Positions 18,640 to 28,700 of a stretch of 64,000 nucleotides of DNA are shown here, one piece after another (within the stretch, counting starts at the first letter, position 1; every line of letters begins with the position of its first letter). Under the pieces are notes generated by a model. The model was not told the DNA's origin and ran no database searches. It saw only the letters and a list, made by a program, of their open reading frames with translations. Location of the stretch: NCBI GenBank assembly GCA_963733195.1, contig CAVTCR010000062.1, forward strand, positions 96,001 to 160,000, given 5' to 3'. Source of the DNA: an uncultured delta proteobacterium (GTDB lineage: Bacteria; Desulfobacterota; Binatia; Bin18). A program made the position numbers and the translations under genes.

Positions 18640-19776
18640 GTGAGCCGTAAAAATACTGACGTTAGACACCAGACGCCGGACTCTAGACTGTCTATGCATG
18701 GTGGTAATGTGTATGCCTTCGCCCAGGCACGAGGAGTGCAGCCAGAACAGGTGCTTGATTTCAGTGCGAGCATCAATCCGTTAGGCTGGTCACGTGGAGT
18801 TGCCGCAGCCTATCGTCGCGCGCTCAACCGAGTCGTTCACTATCCTGAGCTGTATGCAGAAACGCTGACGACCGAACTTGCTCAGTATCACGGTCTTGAT
18901 CCTGCTGCGATCTTAGTAGGAAATGGCTCGACACAATTGATATACCTTCTTGCGCGTGTCATTGCTCCGCGGCAGGTGCTAGTGGTTGCCCCCTTGTTTA
19001 GCGAACACGAGACCGCGTTCCGGCTCGCTGGGACGCAGGTAACGCGATTCTTTCTGCGACCACCGACGTTCGCTCTTGCTATAGACAAACTTCAGAGCGC
19101 TCTCACTGCTGGTTACGACGCCCTTGTCCTTACCAATCCGAACAGCCCGACGGGTGCATTGATTCCTCGTACGGCGATGACGGAAATTGCTCGCCTATGT
19201 CGTCAATTACGAGTGCAACTGGTCGTCGATGAAACCTTCGTTGATTGGGTCGAAGAAGAGTCACTGAAATATCTTGCTACTCAGAATACGTCAGTTATTG
19301 TACTCCGGTCATTGACGAAATTTTTTGCTATACCGGGCCTCCGGGTCGGCTACGTTATCGCGCATCCCACTCTCATCTCGCGATTGCGCAAATATATAGA
19401 ACCGTGGTCGGTGAACTCTGTTGCCCAAGAGATGGCAATCCCCTGTGTCCGTGACCAAAGCTTTATCGAACGCAGCCGGACGTTCATCGCGCGCGAACGA
19501 ACGTGGTTGGCCAATCGGCTGATGGCTATTCCTGGGTTGCGGGTGTTTCCTTCAGTAGCGAATTTCCTCCTGCTGCGCGTCACCGCCAGAGGCCTTGATG
19601 CGAGAACCTTTCGTCAGCGTGGAGAAGAAGCGCTGATCCTGGTTCGCGAGTGTAGTAATTTTGCCGGTCTCGGGAAACAGTTTTTCCGGGTTGCGATACG
19701 GACGCGCCGAGAGCATCAGCAACTCCTCGCTCTCTGTGAAGCAGTGTTCAGCAAAGGCGAGGAAAAGCGTCACTGA
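18640..19776 (+). CDS. cobD: L-threonine-O-3-phosphate decarboxylase
   Basis: HGGN, DFSASINPLG, NPNSPTG, RSLTKFFAIPGLRVGY; alternative start ATG 18694 after a short heptamer tract (18661-18692). Confidence 0.92.
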   Translation: MSRKNTDVRHQTPDSRLSMHGGNVYAFAQARGVQPEQVLDFSASINPLGWSRGVAAAYRRALNRVVHYPELYAETLTTELAQYHGLDPAAILVGNGSTQLIYLLARVIAPRQVLVVAPLFSEHETAFRLAGTQVTRFFLRPPTFALAIDKLQSALTAGYDALVLTNPNSPTGALIPRTAMTEIARLCRQLRVQLVVDETFVDWVEEESLKYLATQNTSVIVLRSLTKFFAIPGLRVGYVIAHPTLISRLRKYIEPWSVNSVAQEMAIPCVRDQSFIERSRTFIARERTWLANRLMAIPGLRVFPSVANFLLLRVTARGLDARTFRQRGEEALILVRECSNFAGLGKQFFRVAIRTRREHQQLLALCEAVFSKGEEKRH

Positions 19777-19781
19777 AACGA

Positions 19782-20063
19782 TTAGCGGTGGCGGAAGGTG
19801 ATCCGCCCGCGGTCAAGATCGTAGGGCGAGAGCTGTACGGTGACGGTATCCCCTTGGATAATCTTGATAAAGAACTTGCGCATCTTTCCGGCAACATGGG
19901 CGAGGACGAGATGGTTGTTGTCGAGTCGAACCCGAAAGAAGGCATTCGGCAGTACTTCCACGATCTTCCCAGAGAGCTCAATAGAATCAGCTCGCTCTGT
20001 CCTTGGTGGTCGAGGGGTAGTGGTTCGTTTCGAACCACTACGCTGCGGGCGTGCATTTCTCAT
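19782..20063 (-). CDS. infA: Translation initiation factor IF-1 with an Arg-rich N-terminal extension
   Basis: [48 protein letters not shown]. Confidence 0.95.
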   Translation of the reverse strand: MRNARPQRSGSKRTTTPRPPRTERADSIELSGKIVEVLPNAFFRVRLDNNHLVLAHVAGKMRKFFIKIIQGDTVTVQLSPYDLDRGRITFRHR

Positions 20064-20076
20064 GCGGAACCTCCAG

Positions 20077-20119
20077 AAAACAAAAAGGCCCTAGAACCTG
20101 TGAGAAGGTTCCGGGGCCT
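20077..20119 (-). terminator. Intrinsic terminator immediately upstream of the infA RBS
   Basis: Minus strand aggccccggaacct-tctcac-aggttctagggcct followed by ttttgtttt, then ggagg and ATG. Confidence 0.75.
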
Positions 20120-20232
20120 CGTTTCTTCTGAACCACCTCAATGTAACAAACGGAGTAAACCGAACAACGAAAGTCTCTCAACCCTAGCAGGGGGGCCTTT
20201 CTCTCGCAAGCAAGGGTAGAGACCCACGGTAG

Positions 20233-20979
20233 TTATTTCTTGCCGAAGTACTTTTTCATCTCAGTAAAACTGAACTGCTGATGATACTGCAACTCATCGA
20301 GAGGATAGCGATGTTCGCGACCATAGACACAATCGAAGCGCGCACGACAGTAGTCAACGCAGTCGGTTGTCACGCGCAGACGATGCTGCACACAACCAGG
20401 GATATCCCAGCCTTTCTCTGTTGAAATTGCCGAGGCTGGGCAGGCCGCCATGCACGCACGTTCGACACAGGTGGGACAGGGATTAAAACCAGCGGCAACT
20501 GGCTCGGCATGTAATTCTTGGTTAATCAACACCGCAGCTCTGAGCGCCATCCACGGCCCATAAACAGGATGAATCACGACACCCAGTATGCTTGGGCTCG
20601 CCAGACCTGCCGCTTGGGCGATGTGCATGAATGACACCGGCTCATTCCAGAAGCGAAATGGATAGCAATAGCGATATGCAGAACCGGACTGAGCAAGGAT
20701 TGGAGTGAGCATCTTTTCGATAACTTCAACTGTGTAATCGTCGAGAGGGTGCTCACGTTCTTGAAGATAGCCTGGGCGCTTTTGATAGTACGAACGAAAC
20801 CCTTCCCAGAACTGCCCGCCACCGTTGCCAATCACTACTAGTGTCTTCGCTTCGGGAAGGAGCGAGGCGACATGATACTGCGTCGGTACCAATGCTTCGT
20901 ACGCCGTGACGGTTGTCGTGCCGATCAGGTTCAAGCCGTAGGGAGCGAGGGCATCAATGATCGAGTTGAGGAGATCCAC
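20233..20979 (-). CDS. QueG/CblC-like Fe-S protein (predicted cobalamin-binding fold + CxxCxxxxCxxxCP)
   Basis: HPLDDYT, AQAAGL, HPVYGPWMALRAAV, CPTCVERACMAACP plus further C-terminal Cys residues. Confidence 0.7.
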   Translation of the reverse strand: MDLLNSIIDALAPYGLNLIGTTTVTAYEALVPTQYHVASLLPEAKTLVVIGNGGGQFWEGFRSYYQKRPGYLQEREHPLDDYTVEVIEKMLTPILAQSGSAYRYCYPFRFWNEPVSFMHIAQAAGLASPSILGVVIHPVYGPWMALRAAVLINQELHAEPVAAGFNPCPTCVERACMAACPASAISTEKGWDIPGCVQHRLRVTTDCVDYCRARFDCVYGREHRYPLDELQYHQQFSFTEMKKYFGKK

Positions 20980-21008
20980 TATCTATCCTTTTCGTCATAA
21001 CCTTTTTC

Positions 21009-22289
21009 TCAAGCTGCGGCCATCACTTGCCTACCTGCTTGCATATCCGCCACCACATAGCGCGACCCAATATAGTGAAACAGTGCGGCAAAGATATCGG
21101 CAACAGGTGCGATGAGGAGCATGTATTGTAAGAAGAGTGGGTCACCGCTCATGTCTGTCAGTTTGCCGACCAAGAGGGGAGAAATTCCCGCTGCAACGTT
21201 GATACATAGAACGTATACTGCAACCGCGAGAGAACGAAGCTCTGGTCTGACGAGATCATGCACCACTGCGGCTGCGGGACCGAACCAGAGTGAGCTGACC
21301 GAACTGCCAATAACAATCAAAACGATAAGCATGAACGGAGAGGAAACAAAGAACATCGCGACCAACAGCGGGATGACCAATACGCTACGCACCACCAGAA
21401 TACGCATGCGCGCGTCTTTTCGCTTCTCCATCCAACGGTCAGCAACAATCCCGCCGAGAAACGTCCCTAACAAGCCAGCGATGATGGCACTCACACCAGT
21501 GATAGTCCCTGCAGTTTCGATGCTCATCCCACGCACACGAACCAAAAAGGTCGGAAGCCAAACAGCATAGGCATTCACCGAGAAACCGATGACAGCCATA
21601 CCTGCCAAATGCCAACGCAACGACCGGGTGGTACGCAGGATAGTAAGAAATTGTTTCAAGCCATAGGATGATCCAGTGCTTGACGCAGGTTTGCCGGTGT
21701 CCATCTGGCCACGGATCGGTTCTTTTAAGGTCGCTACGAGCAGCGCCAGCAACAGTCCGGGAATACCCAGCAAGTAAAACGCCCAGCGCCAGCCCCAATG
21801 CTGCGCGATATAGCCGCCAAGATACAAACCCAGGCCATGCCCAATCGGTACTGCACAATTGAACGTTGCTAGAATCGTTGAACGTTTGGCTGGAGGAAAG
21901 TAATCGCTGAGAATCGTCTGCCCGGCCGGGGCACATGTCGACTCACCGACCCCCACACCAGCTCGCACAGCGAACAACGACCAAAATCCGCGAGTCATAC
22001 CAGACAAGGTCGTTAATCCACTCCACACAACCAAACCGATAGTGATGAGCCGCACCCGATTCCAACGATCAGCGAGCCAACCGAGTGGAACACCCATGAA
22101 GCTGTAGAAAATGGCAAAGGGCAGAGCCCCCAAAGCTCCAAGCTGAGCGTCAGTAAGATCTAGGTCTTTCTTAATCAACGGGAAGAGGATGTAGACGACT
22201 TGGCGATCGGCGAGATTCAGAATGTTGACACAGAAAAGCACCGCCAGAACGTAGTACGCATAACGCGAAGCGACATCTGTGCGTGGCAT
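21009..22289 (-). CDS. MFS transporter (spinster-like)
   Basis: NLADRQ, GWLADRWNR, GVGES, about 12 hydrophobic segments; RBS gaggag before ATG 22289. Confidence 0.92.
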   Translation of the reverse strand: MPRTDVASRYAYYVLAVLFCVNILNLADRQVVYILFPLIKKDLDLTDAQLGALGALPFAIFYSFMGVPLGWLADRWNRVRLITIGLVVWSGLTTLSGMTRGFWSLFAVRAGVGVGESTCAPAGQTILSDYFPPAKRSTILATFNCAVPIGHGLGLYLGGYIAQHWGWRWAFYLLGIPGLLLALLVATLKEPIRGQMDTGKPASSTGSSYGLKQFLTILRTTRSLRWHLAGMAVIGFSVNAYAVWLPTFLVRVRGMSIETAGTITGVSAIIAGLLGTFLGGIVADRWMEKRKDARMRILVVRSVLVIPLLVAMFFVSSPFMLIVLIVIGSSVSSLWFGPAAAVVHDLVRPELRSLAVAVYVLCINVAAGISPLLVGKLTDMSGDPLFLQYMLLIAPVADIFAALFHYIGSRYVVADMQAGRQVMAAA

Positions 22290-22315
22290 ATTCTCCTCAC
22301 CCTCCACTTCGACTC

Positions 22316-23062
22316 CTAGTACGTTACGGTAACTAAAAACAATCCCTGCGGTGGAGCGTTCACTCCAGCGCGGGTACGATCGTGTGCAGCAAAGATCGCG
22401 ACAAAGTCTTCGACACTAAGCGCACCGCGACCAACATCAACCAACGTCCCGACGAGGTTGCGCACCATGTGTCGCAGGAACGAATGCGCTTCGACATCGT
22501 AGACGAGAAACTCACCATCTTGTCGGACTTCGCTACGCAGGACGGTACGTCGAGGGTTGTGCTCTACCCAATCTGCCCCTTGGAAAGACGAGAAGTCGTG
22601 TTCGCCGATAAGCAGCGTTGCTGCTTGATTCATGGCTTCCGTATCGAGTGGAAACGACACATGCCATGAGTAACGCGCCCAAATGGCTGACGGCCACCGA
22701 TGATTCCAGATTTGATAGCGATAGGTGCGACTTCGCGCGTCGAAGCGAGGATTGAAGGTTTCTGGAACTTCCTCTATCTGTTTAACGACAATGTCACGTG
22801 GCAACAATCCATTCAATGCGCGTTGCAGGCGATAATGCTCGATAGGTTTTTCAGTTTTGAAAGATGCGACCTGCCCAAGCGCATGCACTCCGGTATCAGT
22901 TCGACCGGCCACGCGAACCCGTACGGCTTCACTGAAAATCTGCGAGAGCGCCGCTTCGAGCGTTCCTTGAATGGTGTCGGCGTTCTTCTGTAATTGCCAG
23001 CCATGGTAATTGGTGCCGTCGTATTCGAGTGTGAGTTTACAGTGCAAGGGGGTGCAGTCCAA
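22316..23062 (-). CDS. truA: tRNA pseudouridine(38-40) synthase
   Basis: YDGTNYHGWQ, AGRTDTGVHA, FLRHMVRNLVG, APPQGLFL motifs. Confidence 0.96.
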   Translation of the reverse strand: MDCTPLHCKLTLEYDGTNYHGWQLQKNADTIQGTLEAALSQIFSEAVRVRVAGRTDTGVHALGQVASFKTEKPIEHYRLQRALNGLLPRDIVVKQIEEVPETFNPRFDARSRTYRYQIWNHRWPSAIWARYSWHVSFPLDTEAMNQAATLLIGEHDFSSFQGADWVEHNPRRTVLRSEVRQDGEFLVYDVEAHSFLRHMVRNLVGTLVDVGRGALSVEDFVAIFAAHDRTRAGVNAPPQGLFLVTVTY

Positions 23063-23069
23063 AGAGGGA

Positions 23070-23127
23070 GGTGGGCAGAGCCCACCCTACATTGCCTGAG
23101 AACTGATTACTGATAACTGACCACTGA
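23070..23127. repeat. REP (ggtgggcagagcccaccCTAC) followed by a heptamer array (CTGATAA family)
   Basis: REP at 23070-23090; ctgagaa ctgatta ctgataa ctgacca ctga at 23096-23127. Confidence 0.75.
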
Positions 23128-23129
23128 GG

Positions 23130-23831
23130 TCACGGTTTCACCGGCCCGCCACGATGCTTGCGATAGATGTTGTCACGCCATGAGAAGACTGCGGCAAAAG
23201 AAGGATCGCGTGTTTCTTCTGCTGTGAACATCGCACGAATGGGTGGAGGAACGAGATAAAGATCGTCCGGCGGCGGATTCACCACATTGAGTAAACTCGC
23301 CACTGTGAGGTCGGCGCGAGTAAATGTATCGCCAACCAGATAATTGCGTCCCTCTAAGGCATGCTTGAGAATCGTGAGATTCCGTTGCACCGCGACTTTG
23401 GCATGCTCTTCGGCGTAAGGGGAGTATTGATATTTTTGGCCCATGAACTGTCCACCCTGACGCATCTGTTCATTATCCGAGCGCAAGAACTTACCGAGAA
23501 TCAGGATGCGCCCCTGCGGACCTAACACCCAATCCATCAGCTCTTCCCACATCATGACCTGGGCACGGTCTTTCTCTGATTTCGGTAGTAGTGCGGGAGT
23601 GGGATGCTGCTCTTCGAGCCAGTTCAAGATTGCGGTCGAGTCGGGGATGACTTTACCATTAGCAAGGACTACCGGCACCTGTGCTTGCCCGGTCTGTTTC
23701 TTGAGGTTTTCTTCGCCGGCACCAATCTGGTAATCCTCTTTTTCGTAGGGAACCTTCTTGAATTCAAATCCCCACCGTGCTCGCTCTGACCACGGCGATT
23801 GATACAACTGGATCATTTTGACGGTACTCAT
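23130..23831 (-). CDS. Glutathione S-transferase family protein
   Basis: SPWSERAR, QVPV, DSTAIL, YLVGDTFTRADL motifs. Confidence 0.9.
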   Translation of the reverse strand: MSTVKMIQLYQSPWSERARWGFEFKKVPYEKEDYQIGAGEENLKKQTGQAQVPVVLANGKVIPDSTAILNWLEEQHPTPALLPKSEKDRAQVMMWEELMDWVLGPQGRILILGKFLRSDNEQMRQGGQFMGQKYQYSPYAEEHAKVAVQRNLTILKHALEGRNYLVGDTFTRADLTVASLLNVVNPPPDDLYLVPPPIRAMFTAEETRDPSFAAVFSWRDNIYRKHRGGPVKP

Positions 23832-23929
23832 GATTCCTCCTTATACAATGTTAAAGTCGTAGCAGCCAACAAAATTTGAATGACTGTCCTTAGTACACAA
23901 CGCAAGAAACAGGAGCGGGTTCTCTTCTT

Positions 23930-24009
23930 CGTCATTCCGGGCAAGGCCGCAGGCCGCGACCCGGAATCCACTCCTCCCCCTCTGGATTCCCGCTTTCGCG
24001 GGAATGACG
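23930..24009. repeat. Palindromic GTCATTCC...GGAATCCA / TGGATTCCCGC...GGAATGAC element (dRS3-like)
   Basis: cgtcattccggg...cccggaatcca ... tggattcccgctttcgcgggaatgacg; terminal inverted repeat cgtcattcc/ggaatgacg. Confidence 0.85.
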
Positions 24010-24053
24010 CCGTAGCTCTTCGCCGGCAAAAACTTACTTACTTAAAGCACTCT

Positions 24054-25124
24054 TTAATTCTCTCTTCGTTTCCCTGTTAGCTCTTTTCGCACAATCGCTG
24101 CACCGGCAACAAGTGCATTCAGTTTTACCCGTGCCAAGCCACGGGAGGAAGCGGAAAATCCGCAATCACAGGTCAAGTAGAGCTTCTCTGGTTTGACATG
24201 CTTCAGTACCATGCGAATCCGCTCCGCAACATCCTCGGGAGTCTCCAAATACATCGATTTCACGTCGATCACACCAGCAGCTAACTCCCGGTCACCACCG
24301 TATTGGCTCCACAATTCTAACTCCGCCATCTCGCGGTTCGCATACTCCAAAGCGAACTGGTCAGCTTTCACTTCAAGAATTCCGGGGAACAGCGGCTTAT
24401 ACGTTCGTTTCATTGCCGGGCGGCCTTGGTTATTGCCAAAGCAGATGTGGAGAGCAAGCTTGGCCTGGACACCTTCAACCGTTTTGTTGAAGAGTTTCAC
24501 AGTTTCACTGACTGGCAGCATTGGCGTGCGGCCAGCCGCAGAGGGTTCATCTACCTGAATAAACGTTGCACCGGCAGCAACGAGTTGACGTAACTCTTTG
24601 TTGACCAGCTCAGCAAGATCATAGAGCATCGGCAGATAGTCACCGTTCGTGTAGCCACCTTTTGGAGTGATCGGCAGAGCGATCGTCAGTGGTCCTGGAC
24701 AGCAGATTTTCAACGGTTTGTCCGTCAGCGTGCGCACGTACTGGTACTCGCCCACCAGACCGAAACCATGCGGGGCCGTTACTCGTTCCACCGTCTCGAA
24801 TCGCGGAGCACTGTCGTAACTTGTGACTCCGAGTTTACGCTGGGCGGGAATGAGTTTGAGGCCAGAAAGTTTTTCAACTACATTCCACAGAAAGCGCTGG
24901 CGACGAATTTCACCGTCCGTGAGAATGTCAAGACCAGCCTCTTCCTGATCCCAGATCGCAATCTTAATCGCATCTTGGACTGCCTCTTCCATATCTGCCG
25001 GACCAGCGTCTCCAGCGCGTAACACGCGGCGCGTCGCGGTCAGCCAGGTGGGCGAGGCATAGGAGCCAACACCCATGGTTGGTAATAATCCGAGATCCAC
25101 TCCGTTTAGCATTGGCATTGCCAT
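24054..25124 (-). CDS. Half-size cobalamin-independent methionine synthase II family protein
   Basis: GSY, TDGEIRR, IQVDEP, Zn-ligand motifs HICFGN and DCGF; single barrel only. Confidence 0.88.
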   Translation of the reverse strand: MAMPMLNGVDLGLLPTMGVGSYASPTWLTATRRVLRAGDAGPADMEEAVQDAIKIAIWDQEEAGLDILTDGEIRRQRFLWNVVEKLSGLKLIPAQRKLGVTSYDSAPRFETVERVTAPHGFGLVGEYQYVRTLTDKPLKICCPGPLTIALPITPKGGYTNGDYLPMLYDLAELVNKELRQLVAAGATFIQVDEPSAAGRTPMLPVSETVKLFNKTVEGVQAKLALHICFGNNQGRPAMKRTYKPLFPGILEVKADQFALEYANREMAELELWSQYGGDRELAAGVIDVKSMYLETPEDVAERIRMVLKHVKPEKLYLTCDCGFSASSRGLARVKLNALVAGAAIVRKELTGKRREN

Positions 25125-25140
25125 TCCCCCTTTGCCCTAG

Positions 25141-25181
25141 CACTTTTCACGTTTTACGCATCACGCTTTACGTTTCACGTT
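25141..25181. repeat. Heptamer array (CACGTTT/TACGCAT family)
   Basis: cactttt cacgttt tacgcat cacgctt tacgttt cacgtt. Confidence 0.8.
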
Positions 25182-25183
25182 CC

Positions 25184-26083
25184 TCATAGCGCCTCTGGAA
25201 ACAACGCGAGTAAATCTGTTCCTTTTGGTGGCTTCCACGGACCACGCACCATGTAAGTTTGCAGGTGGTCAACGCGGAATCCCATCTTTAGCCCGTCGAG
25301 CAACAACTCCTGATGCCGAGCTGGCAACCGCATACGCAACACTTTGCCCCGCTCTATCTCGACAGCACGAGCAATGAGGGATCGTAAGATGGCTGGTTCC
25401 GTCGCTGCGGCTGGACCAAGGAAAGTGCTGGTTCCGGCACGCAAAAGACAGAGATAACCTGTAAGTTTGCCTGCCGTAAGACTGACAAGCTGAGGCGGTT
25501 GATCGGCAAAGAATTGCAGATCTTGGAGTCTGGTGATCCCGCTGAGCTTGGCATCGAGTGCAGCCACTCGTTCTACTTCCTCTAGTGTCATTTCACGAAT
25601 GGTATGGGCGCGAGGGCGTGAAACAGAACGCAGATTTTGACCACTTAACCCAAGGACTGTTCCGCAAGCCACAAACCCGAGCTTGCTATACAGTGGAAAC
25701 GAGGTCGTGTTAAAGGCATCTTGCACCAGCCGTAACGATGGACAGCGCCGCCCGGTGCGGATCACCGCCATCATCAGCTCTTTACCGGCCCCTTTTGCTT
25801 GTGAGGCCGGATCGACAGTGATCGGACCGATTCCAGCCGTATCGCCACGCAGATGGAGAAACCCTGAACCGATCACCTGGCCATTATCGATAGCGACGAA
25901 CGATTCTTGTGGTTCACGCTGCCAATAGCTGCGAGCGATCCCGATACCAACCTCGCGTGAGGGAAAGGGCGGTTGGTATCCATGTCGCGTGAACACATCA
26001 TTGAAGGCGCTGACCATCACCTCTCCGGCGCGCTCAATGTCTTTCTCCTCCATCCGACGAATGATCAATGTCCGTTCTGTCAC
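25184..26083 (-). CDS. GNAT family N-acetyltransferase (tandem GNAT)
   Basis: IGPITVDPASQAKGAGKELM, LYSKLGF motifs. Confidence 0.85.
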   Translation of the reverse strand: MTERTLIIRRMEEKDIERAGEVMVSAFNDVFTRHGYQPPFPSREVGIGIARSYWQREPQESFVAIDNGQVIGSGFLHLRGDTAGIGPITVDPASQAKGAGKELMMAVIRTGRRCPSLRLVQDAFNTTSFPLYSKLGFVACGTVLGLSGQNLRSVSRPRAHTIREMTLEEVERVAALDAKLSGITRLQDLQFFADQPPQLVSLTAGKLTGYLCLLRAGTSTFLGPAAATEPAILRSLIARAVEIERGKVLRMRLPARHQELLLDGLKMGFRVDHLQTYMVRGPWKPPKGTDLLALFPEAL

Positions 26084-26252
26084 AAGCGTCTTCCTCTACC
26101 AAGACAAAGTCTTACGCGGGCTTGTAGCAAAAAAGTTGGATAGTGTCTGCTCGCACATCCATATGGAGGGTACGATTGGTGATCACTACAACTTCGTAGT
26201 CATTTATTCCCGTTGCCGATGGCTGTATGTTCGTTCTTCTTGCTCGCCGTTT

Positions 26253-26282
26253 TTGACAGACAAAGCCGGTTCATGTTAGCGT
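26253..26282 (+). promoter_or_regulatory. Possible sigma70 promoter of the aminotransferase gene
   Basis: TTGACA-N18-TAGCGT with a TGn extended -10. Confidence 0.35.
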
Positions 26283-26322
26283 AGCTCCCGCACGTATTCG
26301 TCACCCATAAGGAAGAACAAGA

Positions 26323-27501
26323 ATGGAAACTGCTGGTGAGTTGGCCCCTCCAATACGGATTCTGCTAGGTCCTGGGCCGAGCAATGTCCATCCGCGTGTG
26401 CTGAAAGCCTTGTCCACTCCGCTCGTGGGGCACCTCGATCCCGAGTTTATCCGACTGATGGAAGAGACCAAAGAACTTTTACGGTTTGTTTTCCAAACTA
26501 AGAACGCGCTGACATTCCCTATCTCTGGCACGGGCAGTTCCGGTATGGAAGCCTGTCTCGTCAATCTGCTCGAACCTGGAGATGAAGCCCTCATTGGGAT
26601 CAACGGTGTGTTCGGCACTCGCATGAAAGATATTGTCGAGCGCTGTGGCGCGAAACCGGTTGTGATCGAAACCCAGTGGGGTAACGTCTTTACTCCAGAG
26701 CAGGTGCGAGACGCCCTCAAACACTGCCGTCGACCCAAACTAGTTGCACTCGTCCACGCCGAAACTTCAACCGGCGCGTGGCAGCCGCTCGAAGAAATCT
26801 CACCTCTTGTTCACGGAGCCGGTGCGCTATTTGTAGTTGACGCAGTGACATCACTCGGTGGTTGTCCGGTGCAGGTGGATGCCTGGGGAATCGATGCCTG
26901 TTACAGCGGGACGCAAAAATGTCTGAGTTGTCCGCCAGGGCTGTCACCGGTGACATTTAATCAGGCAGCAATCGATGTTATTCGCGCGCGGAAGTCGAAG
27001 GTCCAGAGTTGGTACTTGGATCTCACGATGATCGAGAAGTATTGGGGAGAAGAGCGCGTGTATCATCATACCGCGCCAATCTCGATGAACTATGCGCTAC
27101 GTGAATCGTTGCGTCTCGTCCAAGAAGAAGGGTTGACTGCTCGGTTCCGTCGTCATCAGCGGAATCATGAGGCGCTAGCTGCGGGATTGGCGGCAATGGG
27201 TATGGCGATGGCAGCTCAGGAAGGACATCGGTTGTGGACCCTCAACAGCGTAACCATTCCAAGCGGTGTAGATGATTCCACGGTTCGACGGCAGCTATTA
27301 GAAGAGTATAATATAGAGATCGGTGCTGGCCTGGGGCCTTTACGCGGGAAAGTTTGGCGCATCGGCCTAATGGGGGAATCCAGTACCCATAGTAATACCC
27401 TCTTGGTATTAAGTGCGCTGGAGAGTATCTTACGGAAGCAAGGATATTCCTGTACCCCGGGGGCCGGAGTGAGTGCTGCCCAGGCAGTATATGCAGCATA
27501 G
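26323..27501 (+). CDS. Alanine--glyoxylate/serine--pyruvate aminotransferase (class V PLP)
   Basis: [48 protein letters not shown] motifs. Confidence 0.93.
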   Translation: METAGELAPPIRILLGPGPSNVHPRVLKALSTPLVGHLDPEFIRLMEETKELLRFVFQTKNALTFPISGTGSSGMEACLVNLLEPGDEALIGINGVFGTRMKDIVERCGAKPVVIETQWGNVFTPEQVRDALKHCRRPKLVALVHAETSTGAWQPLEEISPLVHGAGALFVVDAVTSLGGCPVQVDAWGIDACYSGTQKCLSCPPGLSPVTFNQAAIDVIRARKSKVQSWYLDLTMIEKYWGEERVYHHTAPISMNYALRESLRLVQEEGLTARFRRHQRNHEALAAGLAAMGMAMAAQEGHRLWTLNSVTIPSGVDDSTVRRQLLEEYNIEIGAGLGPLRGKVWRIGLMGESSTHSNTLLVLSALESILRKQGYSCTPGAGVSAAQAVYAA

Positions 27502-27516
27502 AATAACCTGCGAGAG

Positions 27517-28692
27517 ATGAGGAGGCGGGGATGTGGTGGTGGCAGCAGGAACAATACAGAAATAGGAAAAACTCGATGCAGCAGAAGAGCATCTCCCGTT
27601 GGGGGACTGGCTTTTCTTATTGTTTTACTTCTCGGTGCCTTGCCAACAGTCGGGCATAGCCACATAGGAGATGTCGCTCTCCAACAAGAAGATCCAGAGT
27701 TCGTCCCTTTCTTTGCTGATGACTTGGATCGTTCTTCTCTTAAGGCGGCAGTGCTACAGAGCGTAGCTGCCCTGCGCCGACGAGATGAATCGCAGATCCT
27801 CGCTTTTGGCGATCAACGCATCTCTGTCGCTTTAATTCGTGAGAGCCTCGAAACATTCGCGGGCCTGCTAGATACCGAACCTGATATCAGTGCCGCACTG
27901 TTACGGAACTTCGATATCTACCGTGTTACTTCGCCGATTTTATTTACTGGATATCATGAACCAGTGATTAACGGCAGTTTAGTGCAGACAGAACGGTATC
28001 GGTACCCACTGTATGGCGTACCCAACGATTTGCCTGCACGTGGTACTGCAATTCCATACTTCTCGCGGGCTGAGATTGATGGACAAGGTGTCCTCAAAGG
28101 TAGAGGCAGTGAGATTGTGTGGTTAGATGACCCGGTTGAGCGATTCTTTCTGCACATTCAGGGCTCAGGTCAGATTCGCTTGCCCAGAGGGAAGCGCATT
28201 CGCGTCGGCTATGCCGGAGACAATGGCAGATCATATCGCAGCATTGGGCGTTACCTCCTTGATCAGGGAGTTTTACCGCCGGGGCAAGCCTCTACGCAAG
28301 GTATCCGCCGCTACCTGGCAGCACACCCAGAGGAAAGAGATGCAATCCTCTTTCACAATCCCCGCTATATCTTTTTCAAAGCGTCCTCGACTGGACCAAA
28401 TGGACCGGTCGGCAGTTTAGGGGTGCCTCTCACTCCTGGACGCTCGTTAGCCGCTGATCCTTCGATCTATCCTCTGGGAGGACTCGCCTTCATTCATGCA
28501 AGGCGGCCTGTATGGAATGCGCGCAATCAAGTGACCTGGAAAGAGTTCTTCCGCTTTGTCGTTTTACAGGATACTGGCTCAGCAATTCGGGGACCGGCGC
28601 GTGCGGATTTGTTCTGGGGAAGTGCTGCAGAAACCGAAGCCGGTGCAATGGCGCAACGAGGAGAAATGTATCTGCTGGTGAAGAAGCCGTGA
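27517..28692 (+). CDS. mltA: Membrane-bound lytic murein transglycosylase A family protein
   Basis: FTGYHEP, FFLHIQGSG, NPRYIFF, QDTGSAIRGPARADLFWG motifs; start uncertain. Confidence 0.9.
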   Translation: MRRRGCGGGSRNNTEIGKTRCSRRASPVGGLAFLIVLLLGALPTVGHSHIGDVALQQEDPEFVPFFADDLDRSSLKAAVLQSVAALRRRDESQILAFGDQRISVALIRESLETFAGLLDTEPDISAALLRNFDIYRVTSPILFTGYHEPVINGSLVQTERYRYPLYGVPNDLPARGTAIPYFSRAEIDGQGVLKGRGSEIVWLDDPVERFFLHIQGSGQIRLPRGKRIRVGYAGDNGRSYRSIGRYLLDQGVLPPGQASTQGIRRYLAAHPEERDAILFHNPRYIFFKASSTGPNGPVGSLGVPLTPGRSLAADPSIYPLGGLAFIHARRPVWNARNQVTWKEFFRFVVLQDTGSAIRGPARADLFWGSAAETEAGAMAQRGEMYLLVKKP

Positions 28693-28700
28693 GGCGGAAA

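Noticed and set aside
23841-24080. Short ORFs containing VIPAKAGIQ
   Set aside because: Translation of the palindromic repeat element, not a gene
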